64,000 nucleotides of DNA from Dehalococcoidales bacterium (GTDB lineage: Bacteria; Chloroflexota; Dehalococcoidia; Dehalococcoidales; RBG-16-60-22), in NCBI GenBank assembly GCA_016930185.1, contig JAFGHK010000076.1, positions 3,005 to 67,004 of the forward strand, in the 5' to 3' direction. Position 1 is the first letter of the stretch. Each line of letters opens with the position of its first letter. Of the stretch, positions 19,651-29,040 are shown in pieces. Below the pieces are notes generated by a model, which was given only the letters and a program-made list of their open reading frames with translations, was not told the DNA's origin and did no database searches. The position numbers and the translations under genes were made by a program.

Positions 19651-20526
19651 TTATCGCCCGAGTTCAACTTTGATCCCCGTGTTGATTCCGTAAGTGTCGG
19701 CAAAACTGCCCTTGTTTATAGAAAACTGCACCGTTCCCAGAGAATTAATAGTTAGAACACACTCCCCTGCAGGAACGTCACCATAAGTCTCGCCGTATTT
19801 TACCTCTATAGTATTTCCGTCGATGATTATCAGAACCGTGCGTCCGATAATCAAGCCATACTCGCTTAAGGTTTCACCGGGTATGTTGGTCAGGCAATTG
19901 CCGAAGTGGTCGATAAACACCACGGAGCCGGCTATCTTTCCGTCGGTTATCCCGCCCTCCTGTATATCCAGCATCACGGTTGAGGCAATCGGCGGCCCCA
20001 TATCAGCCGGACTATGACCGGAAGCAATAAGCGCCCCCACTCTACCCAGCAGGTAGTGGAAAGACAGGGTTGAAATAGGCTGGTCGAAAAGTGCCTGGTT
20101 GGCAACCTCATATATGCTTTTAACACCCATATCTTTAATAATATAGGTAAGTAGTCCGTTATCCGGCGCCACGAAAATCTGGTCTTTGTTATTGGTCAGC
20201 ACCAGCGATCTTCCTTCGGCGGTACTGCGGGCGCCGACAGCGGCGATAAAAACGAAGCCCCCGGGAAACTCCTTTGCCGTCAGACCGAGCACGTAAGCGC
20301 CGGCGGCTATATCGTAGGACGTAATACCGTGAGTAGCATCGATTACCTGTGCGTCGGGATAAGTATCATAAATCACGCCTTTAAGCCTGGGCACGCGGTA
20401 ATCATCAGTACCGAAATCGGTCAGCAGGACCAGAGGCATATCAGGATTCGACGGAACGGCGCATCCTGAAACAGGTATCAATAAAGCTAATAGAAGCAGA
20501 ATTGATAATAGACATTTTCGTTTCAT
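19651..20526 (-). CDS. DUF62 / SAM hydroxide adenosyltransferase (chlorinase-fluorinase) family homolog with a lipoprotein signal peptide
   Basis: 291 aa. Family blocks LLTDFGTDDYRVPRLKGVIY, VAPDNGLL and VFIDHFGNCLTNI are present. The N-terminus MKRKCLLSILLLLALLIPVSGC is a lipobox-type signal. Confidence 0.7.
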   Translation of the reverse strand: MKRKCLLSILLLLALLIPVSGCAVPSNPDMPLVLLTDFGTDDYRVPRLKGVIYDTYPDAQVIDATHGITSYDIAAGAYVLGLTAKEFPGGFVFIAAVGARSTAEGRSLVLTNNKDQIFVAPDNGLLTYIIKDMGVKSIYEVANQALFDQPISTLSFHYLLGRVGALIASGHSPADMGPPIASTVMLDIQEGGITDGKIAGSVVFIDHFGNCLTNIPGETLSEYGLIIGRTVLIIIDGNTIEVKYGETYGDVPAGECVLTINSLGTVQFSINKGSFADTYGINTGIKVELGR

Positions 20527-20665
20527 GTTTACCTCTTGCTAGCATTATGCTACGGAACAGACCTAGCGGTCAATCACATAGACAGAGAAATCATATATAT
20601 ACTAAACTAATAATAGAGGTCATTAATGATTCACATGTTAAATAAACGTTGAGGGTTTATGTATT

Positions 20666-21541
20666 TTGAAAAAAGAAAAACTCATTAAGAGTAAAAGAAA
20701 TATTTTCCCGCAGTCGTTATCTTGTTTAGTTATCGCTATTTTAGTTATCGGGGCTGTCCTGGTAACGGCGTGCGGCCAGGCAGTAAACGAGTCTCAAGCC
20801 AATTCCACAGAATACGCCGATAATCCCATTGCCGAAAGAGAAACAATGACACAAATATCAACGATCGATGCCCTTCTCAACGGCGTGTACGATGGCGTTA
20901 TAACGTATGAAGTACTTAAGGGATACGGTGATTTCGGCATCGGCACTTTCCAGGCCCTCGACGGCGAGATGCTGGCCTTCGACGGCGAGTTTTATCAGGT
21001 TAAAGCCGACGGCGTAGCCTACCCTGTCGCCGATAGCCAGGAAACACCGTTCGCGATGGTAACATTTTTCGATATCGACTATACGGGTGAGTTGGCGCAA
21101 GGCCTTGATTACACTTCACTACAGGAGTATCTAGATAGTATTCTACCTAGCATAAACACCTTCTGCGCCATTAAAATCGAGGGCACGTTCAGCTATATGA
21201 AAACACGGAGCGTACCCGCCCAGCAAAAGCCCTACCCCCCGCTGGTTGAAGTAACCAAAAATCAGCCCATCTTTGAATTCGAGGAGGTAGAAGGCACCAT
21301 GGTCGGGTTCCGCTCTCCTCCCTTTATCACCGGCCTTAATATGCCGGGCTACCACCTGCATTTCCTGACAAATAGCAAGGATGCCGGCGGTCACGTGCTT
21401 GAGTTTACTATCGGACATGCCGAGGTTTTCATAGACTATACACCGGATTTTATGATGATACTGCCCGGCATGGGGAGCGATTTCTACCAGATAGACCTCA
21501 CCCCGGATAACCAGGATGAATTAGAGCAAGCGGAAAAATAG
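20666..21541 (+). CDS. alpha-acetolactate decarboxylase with N-terminal signal/lipobox
   Basis: 291 aa with a TTG start. STIDALLNGVYDG...GDFGIGTFQALDGEMLAFDGEFYQV is the ALDC signature. The N-terminal hydrophobic segment ends in LVTAC. Confidence 0.8.
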   Translation: MKKEKLIKSKRNIFPQSLSCLVIAILVIGAVLVTACGQAVNESQANSTEYADNPIAERETMTQISTIDALLNGVYDGVITYEVLKGYGDFGIGTFQALDGEMLAFDGEFYQVKADGVAYPVADSQETPFAMVTFFDIDYTGELAQGLDYTSLQEYLDSILPSINTFCAIKIEGTFSYMKTRSVPAQQKPYPPLVEVTKNQPIFEFEEVEGTMVGFRSPPFITGLNMPGYHLHFLTNSKDAGGHVLEFTIGHAEVFIDYTPDFMMILPGMGSDFYQIDLTPDNQDELEQAEK

Positions 21542-21601
21542 CGGGTTTTTAGTAAGGGGATAATAAAAAATTTAGCTGGCGTTCGATATACTGCGGTGGA
21601 T

Positions 21602-22315
21602 TTATTTCTTTTCTTTTTCAGGCCACCAGCCCATCCAGTTTTCCTTGCCGCAGTTAGTGCACTTAACGTAAATGGCCACATTACCTTTGGTACTGCAATG
21701 GCTGCATCTGAACGCCTCAAGGAAACCATAATCGGGCTTGTTCGCTTGACCCGATTCAAGAGCGGCGGAGATTCTATCTATTCTTTCTTTGAGAGTACTG
21801 GTCGATTCCGGCCCATTCTTCACCGCCGCTTCCAGCTGCCTGACCTTCTCTTCCAGTTGCGAGACCGTCTGCAGGGCGGCCGATAGTTTGTTCACCTCGT
21901 CGGTCAAATCGGCAATTTTCTTTTTCAGGCCATCGACTTCATCAGGAGTATATTTTTGTTTTCCAGTCTCCACAAGCCCCATAGAGGGATGTGGTTCCGC
22001 AGTCTTGGGCTCGTGTTCGGTCATCTTTATCGAGTCCGTCACCAGATTGGCAGGCGCTGCCTCTTCGGTTTTTATCGATTTAAATGGCACCGCTTGCACA
22101 TCACTAACAGGCGCTTCTTCAGTATCAGCCGCCGGTTTGGCATGCTTAATCTCTATCTCTTCAGACTCAACGGTCGCTTCGGCAGGTTCAGTCGGTGCGG
22201 GTTCATTTTCAGGCACTGGCTCGTCCTTTTCCACCGGTGTATCCGACTTCGGCTGAATCTTCTTTAACAGAAAATCTATCTCGGATTGAGATAAAATTCT
22301 ATCTTCACGTGTCAT
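21602..22315 (-). CDS. unknown protein with a FliM-type CheY-P-binding N-terminal peptide, acidic/Pro-rich linker, coiled coil and C-terminal zinc ribbon
   Basis: 237 aa. Residues 7-17 read ILSQSEIDFLL, compared with E. coli FliM ILSQAEIDALL. The C-terminus has CSHC-x12-CTNC. The start overlaps the upstream stop as TAATG. Confidence 0.7.
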   Translation of the reverse strand: MTREDRILSQSEIDFLLKKIQPKSDTPVEKDEPVPENEPAPTEPAEATVESEEIEIKHAKPAADTEEAPVSDVQAVPFKSIKTEEAAPANLVTDSIKMTEHEPKTAEPHPSMGLVETGKQKYTPDEVDGLKKKIADLTDEVNKLSAALQTVSQLEEKVRQLEAAVKNGPESTSTLKERIDRISAALESGQANKPDYGFLEAFRCSHCSTKGNVAIYVKCTNCGKENWMGWWPEKEKK

Positions 22316-23388
22316 TAATCGTACTCCAATACTTCAGTAATAAGTAAACGCTGAAAATCCGGTTTGGACAGGTCGATATCAAAAGGATTTTTCAATACGC
22401 CCTGCGCCGGACGCTGAAAAATGCGGATAATAGGCCTGGCGATGAATCCGAGCTTAGGGTTGGCAACAATGCCGGTATCGCCGGTAATTAATTTCACCGA
22501 AATCCCAGCCGGGTATGAAGGAACGCGCCTTACCAGTAATTCGACGATTTCCGGGTCGAACTGGTCGTTGCCCCCTGCCATGATATATTCAATTGCCTGG
22601 TGCGGCAGGACTTTGCTCCTTCCCGGCCGGTCCGTCAATAAATCAACAAATGAATCGGCTACGGCAATAATGCGCGCAAAGAGGGAAATATCCTTACTCT
22701 TTAATCCATCCGGATAACCCGAACCGTTCCAGAACTCGTGATGCTGATGCACCGCTTTGGCTGTTTCTCCTGAAGTCATTTTATGCATATTAAGCAGTTT
22801 AAAGCCGATACCCGGGTGTTCTGCCATACGCGGCGAATTACCTTCAGCCATCCAGTCCACCTTTTCAATAGTTTCACTGGGCAGGCCTATATCTTTGAGA
22901 ATAGCCGCCATCCCGAGGCCAGCCAGCTCATCAGGGGACAGTCTTAATCCATGGCCGAGTGCCAGGGAAAGACCGGCGGTCTTTACAGGCTGTAGATACA
23001 GGTAGTCTCTCGGCGATATTTTACATGATACATTGATATCGCCAATCATATTCAGATTCATCTCTCGAATCATGGCAATCATGGCAATATGCAGCTGGTT
23101 GAGATTGATAACGGATAACCTCTGTTTCCCCTCGCTGTCAAGCAACAGCTGCCTGAAAGCCTTGGCCAGTATGCCCTCGGTTTGCGGCGTAAAAAGAGGA
23201 GCGGCCAGAACGTCCACCGCGCGCCAATCACGGATAAATATCTCCGTCACGCCTTTTTCTTTCATACTAACCACAAGGCCGGGGTCCAATTCCTTGCCTT
23301 TATCCACCAGGGTATTCCCGAAGTTGTCATAAACAGGCTGTTCCAGGACCATACCCGGCTTGGCATATTTAATGGTTATACGCCTCAT
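22315..23388 (-). CDS. HD-GYP-domain protein with a degenerate HD dyad
   Basis: 357 aa. HQHHEFWNGSGYP (HHE...GYP) is present. The position of the canonical LHDIGK reads LKDIGL (codons at 22891-22896). It has an ATGA overlap with cheR. Confidence 0.8.
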   Translation of the reverse strand: MRRITIKYAKPGMVLEQPVYDNFGNTLVDKGKELDPGLVVSMKEKGVTEIFIRDWRAVDVLAAPLFTPQTEGILAKAFRQLLLDSEGKQRLSVINLNQLHIAMIAMIREMNLNMIGDINVSCKISPRDYLYLQPVKTAGLSLALGHGLRLSPDELAGLGMAAILKDIGLPSETIEKVDWMAEGNSPRMAEHPGIGFKLLNMHKMTSGETAKAVHQHHEFWNGSGYPDGLKSKDISLFARIIAVADSFVDLLTDRPGRSKVLPHQAIEYIMAGGNDQFDPEIVELLVRRVPSYPAGISVKLITGDTGIVANPKLGFIARPIIRIFQRPAQGVLKNPFDIDLSKPDFQRLLITEVLEYD

Positions 23389-24218
23389 TTTGTACTCCCG
23401 CTGGATACCACTGGCTCTTGAGATTTTTCAGGTACGCCCGATTTCTTCCTGTAAAAGCACGCGGACAGACGCTGAAATCCGTTATCTCTGGCATCCAGCA
23501 TCGTCTCGGTGGCGCCGATAAAAAGTATCCCGTTAACTTTTAAAGAATCCAGGAACTTTTTCCTTAATATTTTCTTGGTTTCACTTGAGAAGTAAATCAC
23601 CGTATTACGGCATATTATCAGATCGAAATGATTTTCGAACCGGTCCTGTGTCAGGTCATGTAGTCCGAAGGTGACTTTATTACAAATCCGGTCAATCACC
23701 CGAAAATTACCATCATTTTTAATGAAATACTTTTCCAGCAAAGCTGGTGGTACATTCCTTACCTCGGCTGCTCCATATGGTCCGCCGGTTGCTGCTTGGT
23801 TCAGAATAGCTTTATCAATATCCGTTGCCAGTACCCGGTGCTTTCTATAGGGAGATAACCTGTCCAGGAGAATAGCTACTGAATAAGCCTCGGCCCCGTT
23901 AGAGCAACCGGCACTCCAGATATTCAGTCCAAGATTTTTCTTCAATAATGATGGTAATATTTCATCCTGCAGTAGTCTAAATTGAACAGCGTCCCGGAAA
24001 AACTCGGATACGTTTATGGTGAGGAATTTCTTCAGCTTCTCCAGTTCGTGTTTATCCCGTTCGATTAACTTGCAGTATTGCACCACATTTCGTACTTTAA
24101 ACCGTGCAATATAGCCATCCAGACGCCGGATCATCTGGTTATGACCGTAATTATCAAGGTCAAATTGGGTCAATTCGCGTATTTTCTTTTTTACGTAATT
24201 GAACTCTTCCGCGTTCAT
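23385..24218 (-). CDS. cheR: chemotaxis protein methyltransferase
   Basis: SEFFRD and IWSAGCSNGAEAYS (SAM-binding) are present. ATG 24218 forms ATGA with the cheB stop. Confidence 0.9.
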   Translation of the reverse strand: MNAEEFNYVKKKIRELTQFDLDNYGHNQMIRRLDGYIARFKVRNVVQYCKLIERDKHELEKLKKFLTINVSEFFRDAVQFRLLQDEILPSLLKKNLGLNIWSAGCSNGAEAYSVAILLDRLSPYRKHRVLATDIDKAILNQAATGGPYGAAEVRNVPPALLEKYFIKNDGNFRVIDRICNKVTFGLHDLTQDRFENHFDLIICRNTVIYFSSETKKILRKKFLDSLKVNGILFIGATETMLDARDNGFQRLSACFYRKKSGVPEKSQEPVVSSGSTK

Positions 24219-25276
24219 GCAACTTTCTCCCGGGAATAACAAGCTTCAACAATACCTCTGGCAATCTTATGTAAAGGCAATACATGGTCAACATAACCAG
24301 CTTTTGCCGCACTCATCGGCATTCCGTACACCGCGCTGGTGGCCTCGTCCTGGGCCAGGACATTGCCTCCCGCGGCTTTGATATAAGACGCCCCCTGCGT
24401 TCCATCGATACCCATACCGGTAAGGATAACACCGACCACAGAATCGCCGAATTTATCCACTGCCGATTTCATAGTTACATCAACCGCAGGCCGTACCCCC
24501 AGAACATGCGGACCATGGTCGAGTTTTATTTTACCGCCGTTTTCTATCAACATGTGAAAATCACCCGGAGCCACTAAAATACTGCCTTTGTACGCAATAC
24601 TCCCCTCCTCTGCCTCCTCCACCCTTATTTGAGATACCTGGTCCAGCCTTTCCGCCAGCGACCGGGTGAATACTGGAGGAAGATGCTGTACTATCAATAC
24701 CGCTGCCGGAATATCTACCGGAATAGCGGGAATTATTTGCATTAATGACCTGGGGCCACCGGTAGAAGCACCGATAACCACCAGCTTTTTAAAGGTTGTA
24801 GATTTTTCTTGAGTTACTCTCTTTTTATTTGAACCGATCTCTTTGGTAAATCGCCCGTTCTTAACAAGGTTACTCCTGGCAGCCGTCTTTATTTTTGCAG
24901 CCAGGGTATCATCGGCCACCGGATTAATAGCCGAAGGTTTTAGAAAGAAATCAACCGCGCCCAGTTCCAGAGCTCTTAAAGTGGTTTCCGCATTTTCGCT
25001 GGTCAATGCGCTAAGCATTACCACCGGAGTAGGACACTCCTCCATTATCGCTTTTAAAGCGGCGATGCCGTCCATCTCCGGCATGATGACATCCATAGTC
25101 ACCACGTCCGGCTTAAGGCTCTTTACCTTTTCTACGGCCTCGATACCGTTACGGGCGGAGCCGATAACCTCAATTTCCGGGTCGCTATTAAGCTTGTTGG
25201 AAACCGATGTAATAACATAACCGGAATCGTCAACAACAAGCACTCGTAATTTTTTCTGCACCTGCTTTTCTCCCAA
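24215..25276 (-). CDS. cheB: chemotaxis response regulator protein-glutamate methylesterase
   Basis: 353 aa with a REC domain (VLVVDDS, DVVTMDVIMPEMDG) plus an esterase domain (GASTGGP, GMGIDG). Confidence 0.95.
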   Translation of the reverse strand: MGEKQVQKKLRVLVVDDSGYVITSVSNKLNSDPEIEVIGSARNGIEAVEKVKSLKPDVVTMDVIMPEMDGIAALKAIMEECPTPVVMLSALTSENAETTLRALELGAVDFFLKPSAINPVADDTLAAKIKTAARSNLVKNGRFTKEIGSNKKRVTQEKSTTFKKLVVIGASTGGPRSLMQIIPAIPVDIPAAVLIVQHLPPVFTRSLAERLDQVSQIRVEEAEEGSIAYKGSILVAPGDFHMLIENGGKIKLDHGPHVLGVRPAVDVTMKSAVDKFGDSVVGVILTGMGIDGTQGASYIKAAGGNVLAQDEATSAVYGMPMSAAKAGYVDHVLPLHKIARGIVEACYSREKVA

Positions 25277-25303
25277 AATACTAAACCTTATTATCCCAAG
25301 ATA

Positions 25304-25660
25304 TTAGCCTATCATTTTCTTTACAGAACCAATCACCCTAGCAACATCGAACGGTTTGACCACAAAATCCTTGGCCCCCATTTTTAAAGCTTCGATAACA
25401 ATACCTTGCTGTCCCATGGCACTGCACATCGAAACTTTGGCATCGGGGTCGACTTTAAGCAGCTCTCTCAACGCCTGTATCCCGTCCATATCCGGCATGG
25501 TGATGTCCAGCAACACACAATCCGGTTTTTCCTGCTGGTAGGCTGTTAATGCCTCCACTCCGCTTGCAGCTTCGACGACGGCATAACCGTTTTGGGATAA
25601 AACCTGCGCACATTTTTTTCGCATGAACATTGCATCGTCCACAACCATTACCGTAGCCAT
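25304..25660 (-). CDS. cheY: single-domain response regulator CheY
   Basis: 118 aa with VMVVDDA, the LLDITMPDMDG phospho-acceptor Asp, and CSAMG and VVKPF. Confidence 0.9.
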   Translation of the reverse strand: MATVMVVDDAMFMRKKCAQVLSQNGYAVVEAASGVEALTAYQQEKPDCVLLDITMPDMDGIQALRELLKVDPDAKVSMCSAMGQQGIVIEALKMGAKDFVVKPFDVARVIGSVKKMIG

Positions 25661-25712
25661 GTTATCTCCTTTTTGCCAGTAGTTATATTATTAAGCCATT
25701 TATTTTTCATTG

Positions 25713-26231
25713 TTAAATCTCCCGGGCTGAGCCATAAGCAGTTTTAACCGTGACCTGCCCGGTCCTCACGTACATCTTTACTGTCCTTCCAATACTTCCA
25801 CCCGTATCTGCCGCTGCCGGGGTAATATTTTCTCTACGCAACATCGACATTATTTGTTCCAGATTCCTCTCGCCGGTCTTGAAGGTGTCTCTTAACCCCG
25901 GAGACAATGTCATTTGAGCCCCGCCTGCTATTTTTATAGTCAACCATCTTTTTATACAGCCTTTCTTTGTCATTTCATTCAACAGCAGCGGAACGGCGGT
26001 ATCGGCGTATTTAGCCTCACTTTTACCGGGGATACCGTAATTTTGCGGCAGTACGATATGTGCCATGCCGCCTATCTTTTCTCTTTTATCATAGGCGCAA
26101 ACGGCAACGCAGGAACCTAATCCAATGCAGGATAGCACAGCATCGGGAGAATCCGTTACTACTAGATCTCCCATACCTACAACATGAAGCTCCTGCTCTG
26201 GTGCGGCTGTTTCAGAAAATACCACTGCCAT
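25713..26231 (-). CDS. cheD: chemoreceptor glutamine deamidase
   Basis: 172 aa with CIGLGSCVAVC, GGMAHIVLP and KIAGGAQM. Confidence 0.85.
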   Translation of the reverse strand: MAVVFSETAAPEQELHVVGMGDLVVTDSPDAVLSCIGLGSCVAVCAYDKREKIGGMAHIVLPQNYGIPGKSEAKYADTAVPLLLNEMTKKGCIKRWLTIKIAGGAQMTLSPGLRDTFKTGERNLEQIMSMLRRENITPAAADTGGSIGRTVKMYVRTGQVTVKTAYGSAREI

Positions 26232-26833
26232 TAACTAACCTCCAGACTGGGATTAGGAATTATCATAAAAGTGCCCGAGACTTGCCGGTCTTTGGTACCG
26301 AACACGGTATCCACGATATATGTTTCATCGCTGTAGGCAAGGATATTTGCCAGTGTCGAGTCCAGGACGGCGCCGGCCATATCCATCATCACCGCCGGCG
26401 GCGACGGCTTAAGTCGCTGGCCTGTGGTATCGGAAAGATAATTCAGGAAAAACGAGCCCATGATGTTGCCGACTTCCCCCAAGGTTGAATTTTCCATATC
26501 GTTTAGTTCCGTGGTAGAACCGGACTGCTGGTCCAGCAGTAAATCCACAAGTCCAAAAGCCACTTCCGGCTTATACACCACAACCATGTGACCGTTGGCG
26601 TTGGCCTTGCCGAATATTTCCACATATATGGCAATTATCAAAGCTTCGGGTCCGCCGAATAAATCCGGAATATCTTTGACCTGGACTTTTTTGATATCCA
26701 TACTCACGACTTTCACTTCCCGCCCGGCCATCTGGGAAAGGCCTTCAATCGCGTTATTCACACCCTCCCCGAAGAGACCTGCCATATTCATATCGGCAAA
26801 ATCTATTTCCTGAATTCCCTTTCTCAGGTCCAT
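26231..26833 (-). CDS. cheC: CheC/CheX-family CheY-P phosphatase
   Basis: 200 aa located between cheA and cheD. E-x2-N motifs are present (EGVNNA; LGEVGNI...P). It has a TAATG overlap with cheD. Confidence 0.7.
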   Translation of the reverse strand: MDLRKGIQEIDFADMNMAGLFGEGVNNAIEGLSQMAGREVKVVSMDIKKVQVKDIPDLFGGPEALIIAIYVEIFGKANANGHMVVVYKPEVAFGLVDLLLDQQSGSTTELNDMENSTLGEVGNIMGSFFLNYLSDTTGQRLKPSPPAVMMDMAGAVLDSTLANILAYSDETYIVDTVFGTKDRQVSGTFMIIPNPSLEVS

Positions 26834-26848
26834 TTTTAATTCTCCTTA

Positions 26849-28912
26849 TTATTTAGTACCAGCTCTGGATGTTAATATTCGTGTTTTTATATTATCGCCA
26901 TTCTGGCGTTCTATAATAGTGCCCCTTATAAGCGATGTAATATCAAGGATAAGTACAACCCTGCCGTCGCCTAAAATACTGGCGCCGGTTATACCCTTGC
27001 TCGCCCCGATAAAATGGTCAAGCGATTTCACTACCAGCTCCTGCTGCTCCAGCAATTCTTCAACAACAAGGCCCACCCGGGTGCCGGCATACTTGACGAC
27101 CACAATATGAAGAGCTTCATTATTCCTGTTATTCTCATCACTCCACCCGAATACTTCATCGAGCCGCAGTAGGGGCAGTACATCGCCTCTGAAAAGCGTC
27201 ACTTCCTTACCTCTTACGGTTTGAATTTCCTTTTCATCTAATTTATCAGCCTCGACGATGCTTGATAAAGGTATCGCGCAAATGGTACCTCCGGTGCTTA
27301 CAAGCAGCGCGGGGATAATGGCCAGTGTTAGAGGCAGTGTTAGCGTGAACGTGGTTCCCTGCCCTGGGACTGATTCAACGCTAACCGAACCGCCCAGACT
27401 TTCGATATTTGTCTTTACTACATCCAGCCCAACTCCCCTGCCCGATACATTGGTAACCTCGCTTGCCGTTGATAAACCGGAATCAAAAATTAAGTTAACA
27501 GCTTCAGAATCCGTCAATTTTGAGATATTCTCCGATGTATATATCTTTTTATCGACAGCCGATTTTCTTATTGCCTTGGGTTCAATCCCCTTGCCGTCGT
27601 CTTTCACGGTAATAACGATGTTATCCTGTTCATGCATGGCCGTAAGCCGTATCGTGCCTGCTTCCGGCTTACCGGCGGAAATACGTTCCTCCGGCGCTTC
27701 TATGCCATGGTCTATAGAGTTACGCAGCATATGGATAAGGGGGTCGCGCAGCTGTTCGATGACGCTGCGGTCCACCTCCGTCTCCTGGCCTTCTATAATA
27801 AATTCAACCTTTTTATTTTCTTTACGCGCTATATCCCTGACCATGCGCGGCAATGTATTAAATACTATCTCAACGGGCAGTAGGCGTATAGACATCACGT
27901 CCTGCTGGAGGGTGCTGATTATCTTGGCTATCTGCGACACACTGTCGCCGAAAGCAACGATGATTTCATCTTCGTGGTATTTTTCCGCCAGCGTCCTGCC
28001 GAGCTGGCTGATTTGATTACGGTTGATAACCAATTCGCCCACCTGCTCCATGAGAGTATCAAGTCGGTTTACATCGACCCTTACCGTGTGGCTTAATTTT
28101 ATATCTTCCTTGGCGGTAGCAGCCGAATCGGGGCCTGCTGCTTTCGGTGCTTCTTCGGGCGCGTCCTTTTCGTACGCATTGATTTCAACACTTTCAACTT
28201 CAGGAATTCCCGTCAGCAGCTCTTTAATATCTTCTTCACTATTATTACTGGCCACTAAAATCTGGAATAAATGATTTATCGCTCCTTCTTCTATCTCCTG
28301 CGTGGTCGGCAGAGAGACAATTATCTCGCCAATCGCCGAGAGACTATTGATTACCTGAAAACTCCTTACCGCCGTCCAATTGGACTGCTCATCAAATGAT
28401 ACTTTAATAAAATATGCCTGCTTGCCTTCCTGGCAGGCCTTTTCCAATTCAGCTTGTGCTTCAGCATCAGGGGTAAGAATACCAGTCTGCTCGGTGATTC
28501 TCTTTGCAGGCTGATTAACAGCTGTCAAAAGGGCAGAAAGCTCAGCAACAGCGTCGGTTATATCCGCAGGCTCCGCATCTGGAGAATCCAGTTCCTTACG
28601 AAGCATCCGCATGATATCAAGGCCGTGCAGCAAGGCGTCAATAATCAACGGGCTAACTGACAACACGCCTTTACGCACCTGATCGAGGACATTCTCCATG
28701 GCATGGGCCAGGTCAGACAAACGCTGATGCCCCACCATTGCCGAAGAACCTTTTAAAGTGTGGGCTGCCCGGAATATTTCCTGCATCAGGTCCGGGTTGT
28801 CAAATTCTTTTTCCAGCCTGACAATGTCTTCGTCAAGTAGTTGCAGCTGCTCGTCGGCTTCCTGTATAAACAAATTAAGGTCTTCCGGAGTAATGCCGGC
28901 GGCCAAGTCCAC
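26849..28912 (-). CDS. cheA: chemotaxis histidine kinase
   Basis: 687 aa. Hpt FRAAHTLKGSSAMVG, N-box HMLRNSIDHGIE, DDGKGI, SGRGVGLDVV, and a C-terminal CheW-like domain. Confidence 0.95.
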   Translation of the reverse strand: MDLAAGITPEDLNLFIQEADEQLQLLDEDIVRLEKEFDNPDLMQEIFRAAHTLKGSSAMVGHQRLSDLAHAMENVLDQVRKGVLSVSPLIIDALLHGLDIMRMLRKELDSPDAEPADITDAVAELSALLTAVNQPAKRITEQTGILTPDAEAQAELEKACQEGKQAYFIKVSFDEQSNWTAVRSFQVINSLSAIGEIIVSLPTTQEIEEGAINHLFQILVASNNSEEDIKELLTGIPEVESVEINAYEKDAPEEAPKAAGPDSAATAKEDIKLSHTVRVDVNRLDTLMEQVGELVINRNQISQLGRTLAEKYHEDEIIVAFGDSVSQIAKIISTLQQDVMSIRLLPVEIVFNTLPRMVRDIARKENKKVEFIIEGQETEVDRSVIEQLRDPLIHMLRNSIDHGIEAPEERISAGKPEAGTIRLTAMHEQDNIVITVKDDGKGIEPKAIRKSAVDKKIYTSENISKLTDSEAVNLIFDSGLSTASEVTNVSGRGVGLDVVKTNIESLGGSVSVESVPGQGTTFTLTLPLTLAIIPALLVSTGGTICAIPLSSIVEADKLDEKEIQTVRGKEVTLFRGDVLPLLRLDEVFGWSDENNRNNEALHIVVVKYAGTRVGLVVEELLEQQELVVKSLDHFIGASKGITGASILGDGRVVLILDITSLIRGTIIERQNGDNIKTRILTSRAGTK

Positions 28913-29040
28913 GCTGTTCTCCTTTCATTACCCTGCTAATATGGTTTATCAAATATTGAAACAACTTCAGCTTATAATGCCTCTCCCGACGTTTAATTCC
29001 ACCTCCATAGTATAATTCCATAGTTCTGAACCGGAGTTAT

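Noticed and set aside
27258-28016. A 252-aa plus-strand ORF antisense to cheA.
   Set aside because: It is a shadow ORF inside a CheA gene that has all kinase motifs, and it shows no independent signal.
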